This document shows, one piece after another, positions 1 through 11,500 of a stretch of DNA of 64,000 nucleotides; positions within the stretch are counted from its first letter, which is position 1; the number at the start of each line of letters is the position of its first letter. The position numbers and the translations under genes are program-made. The stretch comes from a virus: positions 6,649-70,648 of IMG/VR virus record IMGVR_UViG_3300008735_000004. The stretch is one strand, 5' to 3'. The notes below the pieces were generated by a model, which had not been told where the DNA came from, ran no database searches, and saw only the letters and a program-made list of their open reading frames with translations.

Positions 1-3000
1 AATATACTTATAGGTGATTGTTAATTGCTTATTTAGCATTTTTGCTTTTTTTCTCATTTTTACAAAATCATCCCCAACACTCTCGATTCGAGTAAAATCA
101 TCTCCTGATAAATTGCCTTTGGCTACCTTTTTAATTTGTTCTATTTTAGAAATCTTTTTAAAGTCTTTTAAAGTACTTAAATTTTCTGCAGCATCTTTTG
201 CGCCCTTTTTTAAATAACGACCAATTACCCCGCCCACTTCGCCTGATTTAGGACTTAGCATTTTGGGTTTCATCGCAAACCACACAGCTCCTATAGATGC
301 TGCGTGTTTTAAAATAGTACCAATAAATCCCATAGTTTGTATAGTAGTTTGGATACTAAGAATAAGATTATCTATTTGTTTGGACGCACTTTTGTAGGTT
401 ACACAAAGATTAGGGATGATCGTGGTGGTATAACCACCTGTTGCTGATATTGTATTTACTACCTGCTCAACTTCTACAGGACCATACATAGCAATACTAT
501 CATCATGGATAAATACTTGATCCCATGGTTTAATATGAGGATTACCTAGCATCGTTAAAGTTCCTTGGTACATAGGTTTCATTACATTCATTAAAACTTG
601 CTGTGCAATTGCATGTTGCGTTAACATAGTCGCTTGTTGTGCGTCACTGTTGGCATTATTAATATAGGTGTTTGCTTCAAAAGTATTAAAAAATAAATGA
701 GAATCCATATTTTTCATATACGTTTGATAGGTGCGCATATAGTCCGGGTCTTGGTCATAACTTATCCAAGCCTGTGATCTATATTTAGCATTAGAAATAT
801 TATTGGTTGGATCCGGTTCATCGTCAAATAAAACTTCTACGTGATTGTACATTTGATCGGCTGTAGCAATAATGCTATTATCTAAAATATCTTCATAACT
901 ATTCACAACATGCATACCTATAACAGGTTTATATTGGAAAATTTGAGTTGTTCCTCTTAGAGAACTTATGGCTGCTTCTATGTCCATATCTACTCCGGTC
1001 GATTTTGAAAGGTTTCCTCTTTTTTTATTTTCTTGATAATAAATTAATTGATTATAAGCATCTTCTACAATAGCCTTATCAATATTAGGTAAATAATTAT
1101 AAAAAATATTTTTAAAGTATGGTTCCATTATTGCCCCAAGCGTTGTTCCTTTGAAAGAGTAAAAAATATAATAAAAACTTGATCTTAAATCTTCTTTGTG
1201 TTTTTCCTCAAAAGGAGAAGCAGTCCCCCATCCTGGATTATAAAGTGCATTAAATGTTTGTTTTGATGATGATACTACTGCTGAATAGTTATTTACAGTA
1301 TGGGCTGGATAGTGGTAGGTATAATTATCTCCTTCTCCTTTATAGTTTGTAATTTTACCGTTAACTAAATCATTACTTATTATTAGATCTTCTGTTGAAT
1401 ATTGAAATTTTGAAGCTTGCATGCTTAAAGACATATGTTTTCCTTCAAAATCATTTAAAAGTATTTCATGCAGAGCAGTTTTGGTGATTTTATCAGAAGA
1501 AATAATAGTACCTACGTCCTCCGTGCCCCTAGGGGCAACACTCTTTTTTATTAAATCAGCCACTTTAGACCACCCGTTTGACTCCAAAGTTCTTACAAAT
1601 ATACTTAAAAGATCAGTGTTACTACTCCAACCATAATCACTCTTACCAGCTAGCAGTTTTTCTCTTTCAGAAGGCTTCATATGTATCCCCCCTATTCTAT
1701 TACAAGGATTGCCATACTTCCAAGATACGTCTAGAGTTTTAGCTAAGATTGTTTTTCCTATTTGTAACAAAATTGAATCTGAATGTTCTTGTTCCGGAGT
1801 ACGTAATTCTTCTTTTACTGGTTTAGATATTTTATGCATATCGATAATCTCTTTTAATTGTTGCTCTATGTTAATTTTTGGCAAATAACGAGAAGCTTGA
1901 TATTGTCCCTCTCGCGGCCCAAAATATAGAGTTTCTCTAGGGGGATTAAGAAATATATCATTTCCTTCATCAAAGGGTAAAGTTGTTACTATATAGTCTC
2001 CTAAAAATAAAGCAGCTTCATGTAGAGCATCCCACGCAGATTGTCTAACTACGTGCCACTGAAATCCTGCCTCATCTGTGAACATACTACTGGCTTCATC
2101 CCATACTCTATAGAACCAGTTAGTAAATCCGTAACCATGAGCTCTTGTATTATTTATAATAATATTATCATATAAAGAATTTCCAAAAGATTTAACAATA
2201 ACATTATTTTGTCTATAAGAAGTTTGTAATTCTTCGTAAGTCGTAGGAGTATTTTTAATAATATCCATGAAGTTAGATTGAATAGGATTAAAATCCTGCA
2301 AAGGTCCAGCTAGTGATGAAATAGCCTTTGCCCAATAAGCATTTTTAAAGGAAGTTTCAGCTACTTTATCAGGATTATTTAACTCTTCATCTCGGATTTG
2401 CCATCTCCCCAAATGAGAGAGGCCAGGAGTTTGGGCTAAAATATCAATTACAGCAGCTCCCAAGCTTGTAGCTCCTGAGGTGGAACTGTAAGATACTCCA
2501 CCTACTGCTCCCACATTATTTAATAAACCAGCACCCCAAGATTGAGCCGTTACTTCTAGAACAGATCCAGGGTTTATTTCCGTAATAGCTCCTTTAAATT
2601 TCATTCTTAGCTGCCTATAATCCGAACCATACCCTACTAAAATCATTATTTGAGTGCCAATTTTTAAATTAAGATTATAACTACTTACTGCAGCTGATCC
2701 TTCATTTGCTAAATTAGCAAACACATCATTTGTTAAAACATTTGTGACATTAGATAAACGTAATACTGCTGTTTTGCTTGCTGCATGTTTGCTTTCTACA
2801 ATTGAAATTTCACTAGCAGCATCGTAACTATAAAAATCATCAAAAGCCTTCCATGCGTAATTATCCTCTTCTATAAAAAATATTTTAAAAGTAGGAAAAG
2901 CTCTATCCATTGTTCCTTTTCGTTTTGTTTGTAAATAGTTATTAAATTTACCTAACATCTCCCACTTTAATTCAGCATTATCTATATCTCCTACACCAAA

Positions 3001-6000
3001 ATATTGCAAGAAAGCATCTGGATTATCTTCATCTACCATCTTAGCCATATTAATTGCTAAAGTTCTTTTTTGTAATAGGGCAGCGGCTATTTGCATACCC
3101 ACTTCGTGTGTTTCATTTCCGATTTTAGCTAGTTGTGTTTCAAAAGTTAATGCTTTGGCTAGCGTTTCTTTATAACTATCCAGGTCCATGTTAAAATTTG
3201 CGAAAACTTCATAGGTAGCGCTAGCGCTTTTCTTTAATTCTTTTAAAGTCAAAGTTACATTAATATTCTTTGTCTTTGTTGCTAGCGTTTCATTAAGAGA
3301 AGCTGCATATACCATAGTAACTAAATAGTCTAGCATGGCTGCTCTAGACATTAAGTTTATTAAATTTACTTTGGTAATTCGTTTTAATTGCTCTACTCGT
3401 TGCATTTTTGGTAATGTTTTATCTTTTTCCCAAGTTTCAAGCTGGGAATGAGTAAGAACTACTGCTGTTTCTGGGGGTATATTACCTGTCCAATGAGCCT
3501 CAACATACTCAGTGGCCAAAGAATAGTTACTTCTTTGAGGTTCATTATTTTCATCAATCCAGTAATAAGTTCCAGCTATTCTATCAGAATCATCTCTAGG
3601 AAGAGTATCTGAGATTGTATTTCCTACTGTTTCTAGATCCCTTATCATAGCAGAAATATCTGTATATTTTTCTGATGTTTGGGGATCAATTGCGGTAGGT
3701 AAAAGCTTTCCCAAAGATTTACTAACTAACAATTTGTGCATTGCTTTTTGTACATTCATTTTTGCATCTGCATCTTCTGTACCATCTTCCCCAATAAATA
3801 ATGCTTTTAATCCTTTATATGATTCTAAAAACTTACCTGAAGAAATTGCTGCAAATTGTCCAAAAACTATAATTTTTAACTCTTCGGCTGCCTTACTCAT
3901 TTCAATAATTTCTAATTCAGGATCTTGATCTACAAAAGGAAATCCTGGTGAAATATAACGATGTCCCGTATTTGAATCAGAGTCTCTAGGTAATCTTAAG
4001 TCAGGATGTGTGTCTGTTACGGCTTCATTGATAGTTTTAATTAAGTCAGTATAGGTCGCATTAATATCAATTTTTTTGTTTATAGATTTGTTTTTTGTAT
4101 CATCTGCTTTATAATCTTCTAGTTTCTTTTTATTTTGATTTAAGATTGATAATCTTTCACCAATGTAGCTTTCATAGGTTGGTTCGTCTTCTTTTTGTTT
4201 TTTCAGTTTTACGGCGGTGTCTTCTATTTGTTTTATGACTCTGTCTACAAAAGTAAGAGATGAAATAGACTTATTAGGAAGTTTAATGTAGTAATCTAAA
4301 AATTGTCTAAAATCTTGTCTACGCAATAATCCAAAAAAGGATGTTTTAATTCTGTTAGAAAGTATTAAAAATTCTAAATATATAGGGTTATCCTCGTCAG
4401 ATTCAAAAGGTAAACCTACAATAGGATAAAAAGAAGGATTAGAATTCGTATATGTGAAAGCATCTGGCCGTGTTTTCATTAAATTAAAAAGAATACTAAA
4501 TACATTTTTTATGTAAGATGTATAATGTGCTTTTAAGGTTGAAGTTATACTAAATTTAATAGGATAATCTTTTCCAAAACCAGTAGGATCATCCTTTCTT
4601 TGCTGGTTTTCCCATTTTTGAACAGCATGCAGAATACCTGTTATATGTGCTTTTACGTCGGAATTGAGAACAGCATTAGCTAATTCTTTTGCTTCATTGT
4701 CTGCTGTATTTAGGTGTATAATTGGAACGGTTTCGGTACTGTCATCTAGTTCAATGTAAGCTGAAAGATAGTTAAATTTTTTACTAATTTTTTGATAATA
4801 GCTTTCATAAAACCGTTTTAAAGACATATTAGCGCTTACTAAGTTTGCGGCCCAACCATTATCATAATAGCCGTATTCAGATTTAACATAGAGGTGTTCT
4901 GGATTCCGCTCACCATTAGGACCCACATAGTCTCTTTTTGCTTGCCAATCTCGAATTAGTTTTACAAGATATTTTAATCTATTTTTATCTTTTTCATCCA
5001 TAAACTCTGGTAAATTCAAAATATTAAGAAGAGGCGTGGGAAAGAAATGCTGTGTTACATAGGGTAAATCCGATAGTTCGGGAATACTTAAAGGCTTAAG
5101 CTGTTCTAGTAATCTTAGATTTTGGGAATCTCCTAATAAATCAATGGAAACTTCCCACCAACCTGGGTAACCTTCTAAACTTCTAGAGCTTACATTTTGA
5201 ATAACACACTCGGTAAACCCTAAAGAATTTAATAAATGTCCTGAAAATGTTCCAACATTTGCCCCATTATAATTTCCTGATACTATTAATTTATCCATAC
5301 CCAGCAAAGAGGTTTCGCCAGCTAAGATCATAGAACCCACTTCTTGTATTGCTTCTTTCATATCAGTTAATATTTTATGAAAGCGTTCATCTCTAGTTCT
5401 GAAAGATAAACTAACTGATGGGTTGGAAATACCCATGTGCTGGAAGGTGGGCACCGTGCTGGAACTTAAATAGTGGGGTATTACATTATTTGCATAATTA
5501 TAGCTAATAGACTGTAATACAGTTTGAAATTGATATACGTAAGGATCTTTCTCATTCTTATCATAGTGTTGGTTTTGATTAATTAAATCATCTATATCTA
5601 CAGCAGATCCCAGCGCTCTTAAAGCCTTTTTTTGTTCTTCTGTTTTTGCAGAAAATATATCTGCATCTAAGGGAGGAACAGGATCACTCATCCAATTAAA
5701 TGTTAGATGTACTTTATCATAATTTAATAATGAGCTAAAATGGGAAAGTCCCAAAAAGCCTAAAGGATCCCTAGAAAGTTCCTCAAAGAGGGGACCTATA
5801 AAATTTTCTAAAGCAGAACCTATCTTTTTCCCGTCTTCACTAAGGATATCCTGTTCGGCTAATTTACCTAATCTGTCTAGAAACTCTTTACCTGCTGATT
5901 TTAATTCTAGGGTATCTGCTACCACAAAAATCTCATCCTCTAAGTTAATTGTAACTTCTTTTAGAACTGTTTGACCAGTTGTAGAATCTGGAATTTTTAA

Positions 6001-8322
6001 TGTAACTATTCCGTTATTTAAATCAGACGATTGTATATAATCTCCAAAAGTTTCATCCTGTATTCTGCTTCTTATCCAGGTACGTAAAGCATCATTCAAA
6101 CTATCCACAAAAAACGTTGCTTCTTTTGCGTAACTAACTGTTTTTGCTAATTCTAATAATATTTTTGAAATATCTGGTTTAGTGTTCACGTCTTGGTAAA
6201 GCTCTTTAAGCTTTCGCATACTATCAGAAGCGTCAGTACCTTGTAATTCTGCTAATACAGTTTTCATCAGGGTATATGCATGCCCTAATTTAGACATCCT
6301 AACTTTAAATAAACTTTGAGCTGTTTTAAAACCTTTAGGAGTATTATAAGTTAAGTATAGCTTATTATTATGTTCAGGTCTATATTTTGGCCAATATTTC
6401 TCTAAATCTCCATCATTCTCATTTTTAGTGGGCCTGCCCTCTCGTAGGCCTTTGTAAGTTGGAAAATCTCGTAAAACGTCTTTATATTGAATTTGAAATG
6501 GGATAGATTCTTGAGGATATCTTGTGACATAGGTTTCATCATCTACCTTGTAATTTTTATTACTATTTCCTATTTTAATTTCATGATACTTATTAACAGA
6601 ATCTAGAACAGATATAGTTGTAAAAGCATCTGATCTAGGATTGTTTGTATCTTTATCTAACTGATCATGAGCAGTGCTTACTATGGTATTATCTAAAGAA
6701 TATCTTAATGATTTTTCAATAGCGGATTCTTTGGCATCTTCCCATGATTTCCACATTTTAGGAACAACTCCATAAGGAAATCTATTCATTCTTACAATAG
6801 ATAGATGTGCTTGAATTGTATTAGGAAACCCAGGAAGAGTACTTAAGGATATATTTTCTAAATAAATAGCAATAGGCCCAAAACGTCGTTTTAAAACCTC
6901 TGCTTCATCTAGATCCTCCTCAGTTGCTTTTGTAAAGGTATTTTTTCTTCCAACCCAGGAGTCATAAATAGTAGTATTCTGAATTGTGGTAAATGGCATA
7001 CTTTGGAACATTGCGATAAGAGGTCTGAGCTGCTTATTAATAGCGTCTTCTCCCGAGAAATACAAAGTAAGATCTACTCTATTCATCTCATTATTTGTAG
7101 TTATTACCGGATCACCCTTAGTTCTAATGGTAGGAAGCGTCATTGCTTGGTTGGTGGAACTAAACCTTACAGATACGGGAGGAATGGTAAAATAAATATC
7201 TCCTATATACATTGATCCCGTTTCTTCTGCATTTTCTCCCCAAATATAAAAACGAGGATCATCAGTTTTAATTTCTGCTTTTCTTACTTTTTGTTGTACT
7301 TCCTCTCGTTTTTCTTGAGCAACTTCTGTCGCTTCTTTATAATTGTATTTTATAGCAGCCTTTGCTTCTTTTTTCCAAGTAGTAGGTTTAAATAAATGAG
7401 GTTTATTAAAGTTATCTATATTTAAAAGATTACGAATATCTTCTGTATTCCTAAAAACTCTTTTAAAGAAATGATCATTATTTGCTTTCTCCCATTTATC
7501 TTGTAAATAAAGAATAGAATCCGATATAAGCTGACTGTTTGTTATAGGAGTTTTAAAGATCTCAGATAAATTCTTGGGAGAAGGAGGAAGATCATCGTCA
7601 CTATAACAAATATATTGTAAATAGGTAATATCTAAGCTTGGATCATCTGGATGTACTTCATTATTTAATTGACTTATATCTGTATAATTAATCCAGCCGG
7701 TTGGGTTATTAATAATTATTTCTTCTAAAGAGTTAATAGACCTCTTCCGTAGTTTTTCTAAAACATATAAAGCAAAAAATAAATCCTGGACACTTTCATC
7801 AAAGTATTTTGGAAATTCTGATGATGATAAATTATATTTATAATTCGGATTTTCAGAATTAATAGACCCGGCTGTTATATCATTTTCTAACGCCTTAAGT
7901 AGATCAGAGTAAAATATGTCTAAATAATCTTTGCTATCTGGTAAGATAGTAGATATATAGTTAGAGAATATATAAAAGTTGATTGAAGAAAGCTGCTGCC
8001 AGCCTATATGATATTTACCGTAGTATTTATTGCAGGCTTGGGCCCCTTTAGCAGTATTAGCATTCCCGTTATTTTCCGACATTGCCTGTTTTGTCTTTAA
8101 AATATTAAACCAATTTTTATTTATATTAGAAACTGCAGCAGCAGTTTGCATAGCATTTAATAGTTTTATGTTATGCTCTGCTTTGCTGAAAGTAGGAACA
8201 TCTTCATTTGGAAAATGTTCTTTCCAAGCATTTTCCCTTTCATTTTTTTTCCAATCAGCATAATTTTTTTTAAGAACTTCTTCTACATAGTTTGCTATTG
8301 ATACATATTTTTTAGTAGCCAT
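1..8322 (-). CDS. Giant (>2774 aa) virion/baseplate hub-like protein, truncated at window edge
   Basis: ATG at 8322 (MATKKYVSIANY...). The frame is still open at nt 1 and the track lists no minus-strand ORF here, consistent with one ORF running off the edge. Hand translation shows two tube/Dit-like beta segments (~6780-7215, ~5130-5520) and gp27/late-control-D-like hub segments (LKIGTQIMILVGYG...FKGAITEI ~2500-2900; GTLTMLGNPHIKPWDQVFI...VEVEQVVNT ~420-600). Confidence 0.7.
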   Translation of the reverse strand, partial: MATKKYVSIANYVEEVLKKNYADWKKNERENAWKEHFPNEDVPTFSKAEHNIKLLNAMQTAAAVSNINKNWFNILKTKQAMSENNGNANTAKGAQACNKYYGKYHIGWQQLSSINFYIFSNYISTILPDSKDYLDIFYSDLLKALENDITAGSINSENPNYKYNLSSSEFPKYFDESVQDLFFALYVLEKLRKRSINSLEEIIINNPTGWINYTDISQLNNEVHPDDPSLDITYLQYICYSDDDLPPSPKNLSEIFKTPITNSQLISDSILYLQDKWEKANNDHFFKRVFRNTEDIRNLLNIDNFNKPHLFKPTTWKKEAKAAIKYNYKEATEVAQEKREEVQQKVRKAEIKTDDPRFYIWGENAEETGSMYIGDIYFTIPPVSVRFSSTNQAMTLPTIRTKGDPVITTNNEMNRVDLTLYFSGEDAINKQLRPLIAMFQSMPFTTIQNTTIYDSWVGRKNTFTKATEEDLDEAEVLKRRFGPIAIYLENISLSTLPGFPNTIQAHLSIVRMNRFPYGVVPKMWKSWEDAKESAIEKSLRYSLDNTIVSTAHDQLDKDTNNPRSDAFTTISVLDSVNKYHEIKIGNSNKNYKVDDETYVTRYPQESIPFQIQYKDVLRDFPTYKGLREGRPTKNENDGDLEKYWPKYRPEHNNKLYLTYNTPKGFKTAQSLFKVRMSKLGHAYTLMKTVLAELQGTDASDSMRKLKELYQDVNTKPDISKILLELAKTVSYAKEATFFVDSLNDALRTWIRSRIQDETFGDYIQSSDLNNGIVTLKIPDSTTGQTVLKEVTINLEDEIFVVADTLELKSAGKEFLDRLGKLAEQDILSEDGKKIGSALENFIGPLFEELSRDPLGFLGLSHFSSLLNYDKVHLTFNWMSDPVPPLDADIFSAKTEEQKKALRALGSAVDIDDLINQNQHYDKNEKDPYVYQFQTVLQSISYNYANNVIPHYLSSSTVPTFQHMGISNPSVSLSFRTRDERFHKILTDMKEAIQEVGSMILAGETSLLGMDKLIVSGNYNGANVGTFSGHLLNSLGFTECVIQNVSSRSLEGYPGWWEVSIDLLGDSQNLRLLEQLKPLSIPELSDLPYVTQHFFPTPLLNILNLPEFMDEKDKNRLKYLVKLIRDWQAKRDYVGPNGERNPEHLYVKSEYGYYDNGWAANLVSANMSLKRFYESYYQKISKKFNYLSAYIELDDSTETVPIIHLNTADNEAKELANAVLNSDVKAHITGILHAVQKWENQQRKDDPTGFGKDYPIKFSITSTLKAHYTSYIKNVFSILFNLMKTRPDAFTYTNSNPSFYPIVGLPFESDEDNPIYLEFLILSNRIKTSFFGLLRRQDFRQFLDYYIKLPNKSISSLTFVDRVIKQIEDTAVKLKKQKEDEPTYESYIGERLSILNQNKKKLEDYKADDTKNKSINKKIDINATYTDLIKTINEAVTDTHPDLRLPRDSDSNTGHRYISPGFPFVDQDPELEIIEMSKAAEELKIIVFGQFAAISSGKFLESYKGLKALFIGEDGTEDADAKMNVQKAMHKLLVSKSLGKLLPTAIDPQTSEKYTDISAMIRDLETVGNTISDTLPRDDSDRIAGTYYWIDENNEPQRSNYSLATEYVEAHWTGNIPPETAVVLTHSQLETWEKDKTLPKMQRVEQLKRITKVNLINLMSRAAMLDYLVTMVYAASLNETLATKTKNINVTLTLKELKKSASATYEVFANFNMDLDSYKETLAKALTFETQLAKIGNETHEVGMQIAAALLQKRTLAINMAKMVDEDNPDAFLQYFGVGDIDNAELKWEMLGKFNNYLQTKRKGTMDRAFPTFKIFFIEEDNYAWKAFDDFYSYDAASEISIVESKHAASKTAVLRLSNVTNVLTNDVFANLANEGSAAVSSYNLNLKIGTQIMILVGYGSDYRQLRMKFKGAITEINPGSVLEVTAQSWGAGLLNNVGAVGGVSYSSTSGATSLGAAVIDILAQTPGLSHLGRWQIRDEELNNPDKVAETSFKNAYWAKAISSLAGPLQDFNPIQSNFMDIIKNTPTTYEELQTSYRQNNVIVKSFGNSLYDNIIINNTRAHGYGFTNWFYRVWDEASSMFTDEAGFQWHVVRQSAWDALHEAALFLGDYIVTTLPFDEGNDIFLNPPRETLYFGPREGQYQASRYLPKINIEQQLKEIIDMHKISKPVKEELRTPEQEHSDSILLQIGKTILAKTLDVSWKYGNPCNRIGGIHMKPSEREKLLAGKSDYGWSSNTDLLSIFVRTLESNGWSKVADLIKKSVAPRGTEDVGTIISSDKITKTALHEILLNDFEGKHMSLSMQASKFQYSTEDLIISNDLVNGKITNYKGEGDNYTYHYPAHTVNNYSAVVSSSKQTFNALYNPGWGTASPFEEKHKEDLRSSFYYIFYSFKGTTLGAIMEPYFKNIFYNYLPNIDKAIVEDAYNQLIYYQENKKRGNLSKSTGVDMDIEAAISSLRGTTQIFQYKPVIGMHVVNSYEDILDNSIIATADQMYNHVEVLFDDEPDPTNNISNAKYRSQAWISYDQDPDYMRTYQTYMKNMDSHLFFNTFEANTYINNANSDAQQATMLTQHAIAQQVLMNVMKPMYQGTLTMLGNPHIKPWDQVFIHDDSIAMYGPVEVEQVVNTISATGGYTTTIIPNLCVTYKSASKQIDNLILSIQTTIQTMGFIGTILKHAASIGAVWFAMKPKMLSPKSGEVGGVIGRYLKKGAKDAAENLSTLKDFKKISKIEQIKKVAKGNLSGDDFTRIESVGDDFVKMRKKAKMLNKQLTITYKYI

Positions 8323-8329
8323 TTATAAA

Positions 8330-8524
8330 TTACCTATTAAGAATAGAGGGCTTGCGTAATTGTTTAAATACGCTAATTTTATCAGTAAAGTCTATGTCGT
8401 TTACATGTAAACGAACTTCTCCCTGTGTTATTTCAGATACAATCATCTGAAGATAACCAGATAGAGAAGAAATTTCATGATCATAGGGTACCGGCGGTAA
8501 ATCAACTTGAATCTTTATTTTCAT
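8330..8524 (-). CDS. Small hypothetical protein (64 aa)
   Basis: TAATG-coupled to the upstream 2994-aa gene and fills the gap to the next giant ORF. Confidence 0.6.
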   Translation of the reverse strand: MKIKIQVDLPPVPYDHEISSLSGYLQMIVSEITQGEVRLHVNDIDFTDKISVFKQLRKPSILNR

Positions 8525-11500
8525 TATCTTAGTAATATTCCGTTTACTTGTTTAGCCATTTGCTGTAAACTAAGTGCATCCTTTCTATGCTGCACTCTTG
8601 TATAATTTACCATTCCCGGTGGAGGGGGCGGCATGTGTTTATTCTCATAACCCGGTGCTCCACTAAAAGCAGGTAATCCAGCTAGCTTTGCCATTTTATC
8701 TAATAATACAGGTGAACTTTCTCTAAATCGTGTGAGCCTGTTTCTATAAGTTTTTCCTAACTCCTGTAGAGAAGGTATGTCATATCTTTCACCATCTGCT
8801 CGCTGATCTGGTAACAGAATCGAATTAGTATTCGGATCTAATATCATCATAGCCAAAGCAGCAACTCCCGCTCGTTTGGCCCACTTACCCTGTGCTACTC
8901 CATGAAGCATATCTCCTAAAAATTTAGAAGTTTGTTCAATAACTGTTCGTGAACTTACTGCCTCATCTGTAAAAGCCCTGCTAACCACATATTTAGCCAT
9001 ATCGTCTGCTGTTGAGATAGACATTGCATCTGCGCTTGATATACTTCCCTCGAAGGCATGCCCAATCCATGCTCTACTGCCTTGTGAAAAAGCATCCTGA
9101 AGAGCACCATAGACCCCAGCTTTGGGACCTCTACCAACTAAGAAGGATGTTATGTTACCATATATCAATTGATTGGCCTCCATTCTAGCGGCGGCTCCTT
9201 GTATTCGCCCTGCAATCTCTCCCATTTCAAAGAATAATTTTCTTTGCTTTTCTAGTTCAGCGGCTGCTCTTATTTTATTAGCATGTCCTTCTATGTAATC
9301 AGATTCTACATCCAGAAGTAAATTCTTTGCATTAGCATCTTCAGCTGACATTCCTCCCCATAACATCTTTAAGGCTTGTCCAAAGGTTCCTTTACCTTGT
9401 TGGTTAAAAAAGCCATAATGAAATTTTGTACGAGCCTCATAAGCTTGTTGGAATGATGCTAAAACACTGCTAGTAGCTGCTTTTTGTTTTTCAATAGGAA
9501 CATGGTGAGTATAGTTTGATAAAAATTTATTCATATAATCTAATCCAGTCATTTTAGATTTTACCCATTTTCCAACTATTTTTTCACCCGTTACAGGATC
9601 TATTCCATCCGCAACATAATATGATAAATTTGCATTTTTATTTAACTTTTCCCAACCTGTTTCAAGTTCTGTATGAAGTTTACGCGCATGTTTCCTAATA
9701 TAATCATAGTTGTAAGTTGTTTGACCATCTACCCCTGTTATAATTGCTTCTTTAGCACTAAACTCAGCGGAAACATCAGATAAAAAGTCTATGGTATTGC
9801 TGGCACTTTCTAATTTTCCTTTACCTGTTGCAATACTGCCTAATCTGTCTATAACGCTGGTTTTCATTCCAGAGGATTTTCCTCCCCCAAATAAAACATC
9901 CCATCGTTCTTGTTGTTTACCGACTGGGCCTACAAGTGTTTGCTGGATCATATAAAGAAGACCCCTATTACGCATTCCTGTTGCTGCTTCATCAGTAGTA
10001 ACTGTATTTACAAAACCTTCTAATTGAGAATTAGTTAAACGTTGGAATTCATCCTCTCCCATTTCTCCTAATAACCATCTTGATGCTAGATCCGGATCTT
10101 GTATTATTTTACCATAGTCTGTGCCGGAGTGTAGGAGAGAACCTCTTCCTTCTTTCATAGCCATCCAGCTTATGTTTTCTCGAATACGTGTAACTTCTTT
10201 TTGGATTCCTTTTTGTTGTTCTACTTTCCAAATACCTTTAGCGCGGTTTTTAAATTCTAATAAATCTGCCTTATTTCCGCTATTTTTTAATTCTTCTAAT
10301 TCTGTTAATTGGTTTAGTTTACTTTTATTTAACTCTCCTGATGCTTTAAGTTTCTGTAAATCTTTAAGCATCATATCCTCATCAACTCCTAGAGACGACG
10401 TTTCTAACATACGTTGTACAAGGTCACCATCATAGTCACCACCCATCAACGCAAGTTCTAATTGATTTACTGTTACTATTTTATCAATTTCTGCAGTTTT
10501 CATTCCAATCTTTTTAAATAATTCATCATGCCATAAGTAAGCTACAGAGTGATTCATAATTCCCTTGTTTTCAAACATGGGTTGTCTAGCTAATTCGTCA
10601 ATTACACGTCGTTTACCTGTGAGCATTTCAATCCAACGATCTACAGCAGATTTTGTTGTATTCCGAGACGCCTCAGTTGCTTCATGGGTAGTGTCTGTTA
10701 AACGACGCACTATATTCATCAAATCTTCGTCGGCGCTTTCGGCCATTACTTTAAGAGAGTTTGAAAACTGTCCAGTCGGCATTATACGTTCATTTAATCC
10801 AGTTCCTCGTGCATTATAAAATGAATGTCCATCGATACTTCTTAATAAATTTCCAATTGCATCTTTTGGTCTGCTTTTTGGTTTATTCATAATACCCTCT
10901 AAAACATCATCCATTTTAATATCTCTAGTGGCTTGGATCATTTTATCAAGAACAGCTTTCTGCCCTTTACCTGATCTCTTTTTAATTGCTTCCAGTGCCT
11001 CAACAATAGAATTTGAGCCCTCAAATTTTGATAGAGTTTTTCCAGCTAAATCACTTGCATCATTTGCTAGGGCTCCCATAATATTTTTAGCCAATACAAT
11101 AGAATTTACAGCTTTACCATATTGAGAACCTGCTGCGTAGAATTGATTTGCTTTCCAAGAATGAATATTAATTCCTTCATATACTAAGGAAGACAGCGGG
11201 GCTCCAATTCTTGCCATAGCATTTTCTATGCTACTTTTTATTGTACCTAAATTTTTGGCTCCTCCATTTTTTATGTCTTTTGCAATTCTAACTAGATCCT
11301 CGCTATAAACAGATATAGCATCAGCAATTTGTAAAGTTCTGCTAGATTGCGTACCCATAACATATTTATTATCTAATAATTGTGGTGCATCAGCTCTTAC
11401 AAAAGGGACCAGTATTCCATCCAAAGGTCCTGTAACATCATCAGCAAATCCTGGCATTTGTTTTAAATATACTTCTAGCATTTGTCTTTCTGCAGGATCA

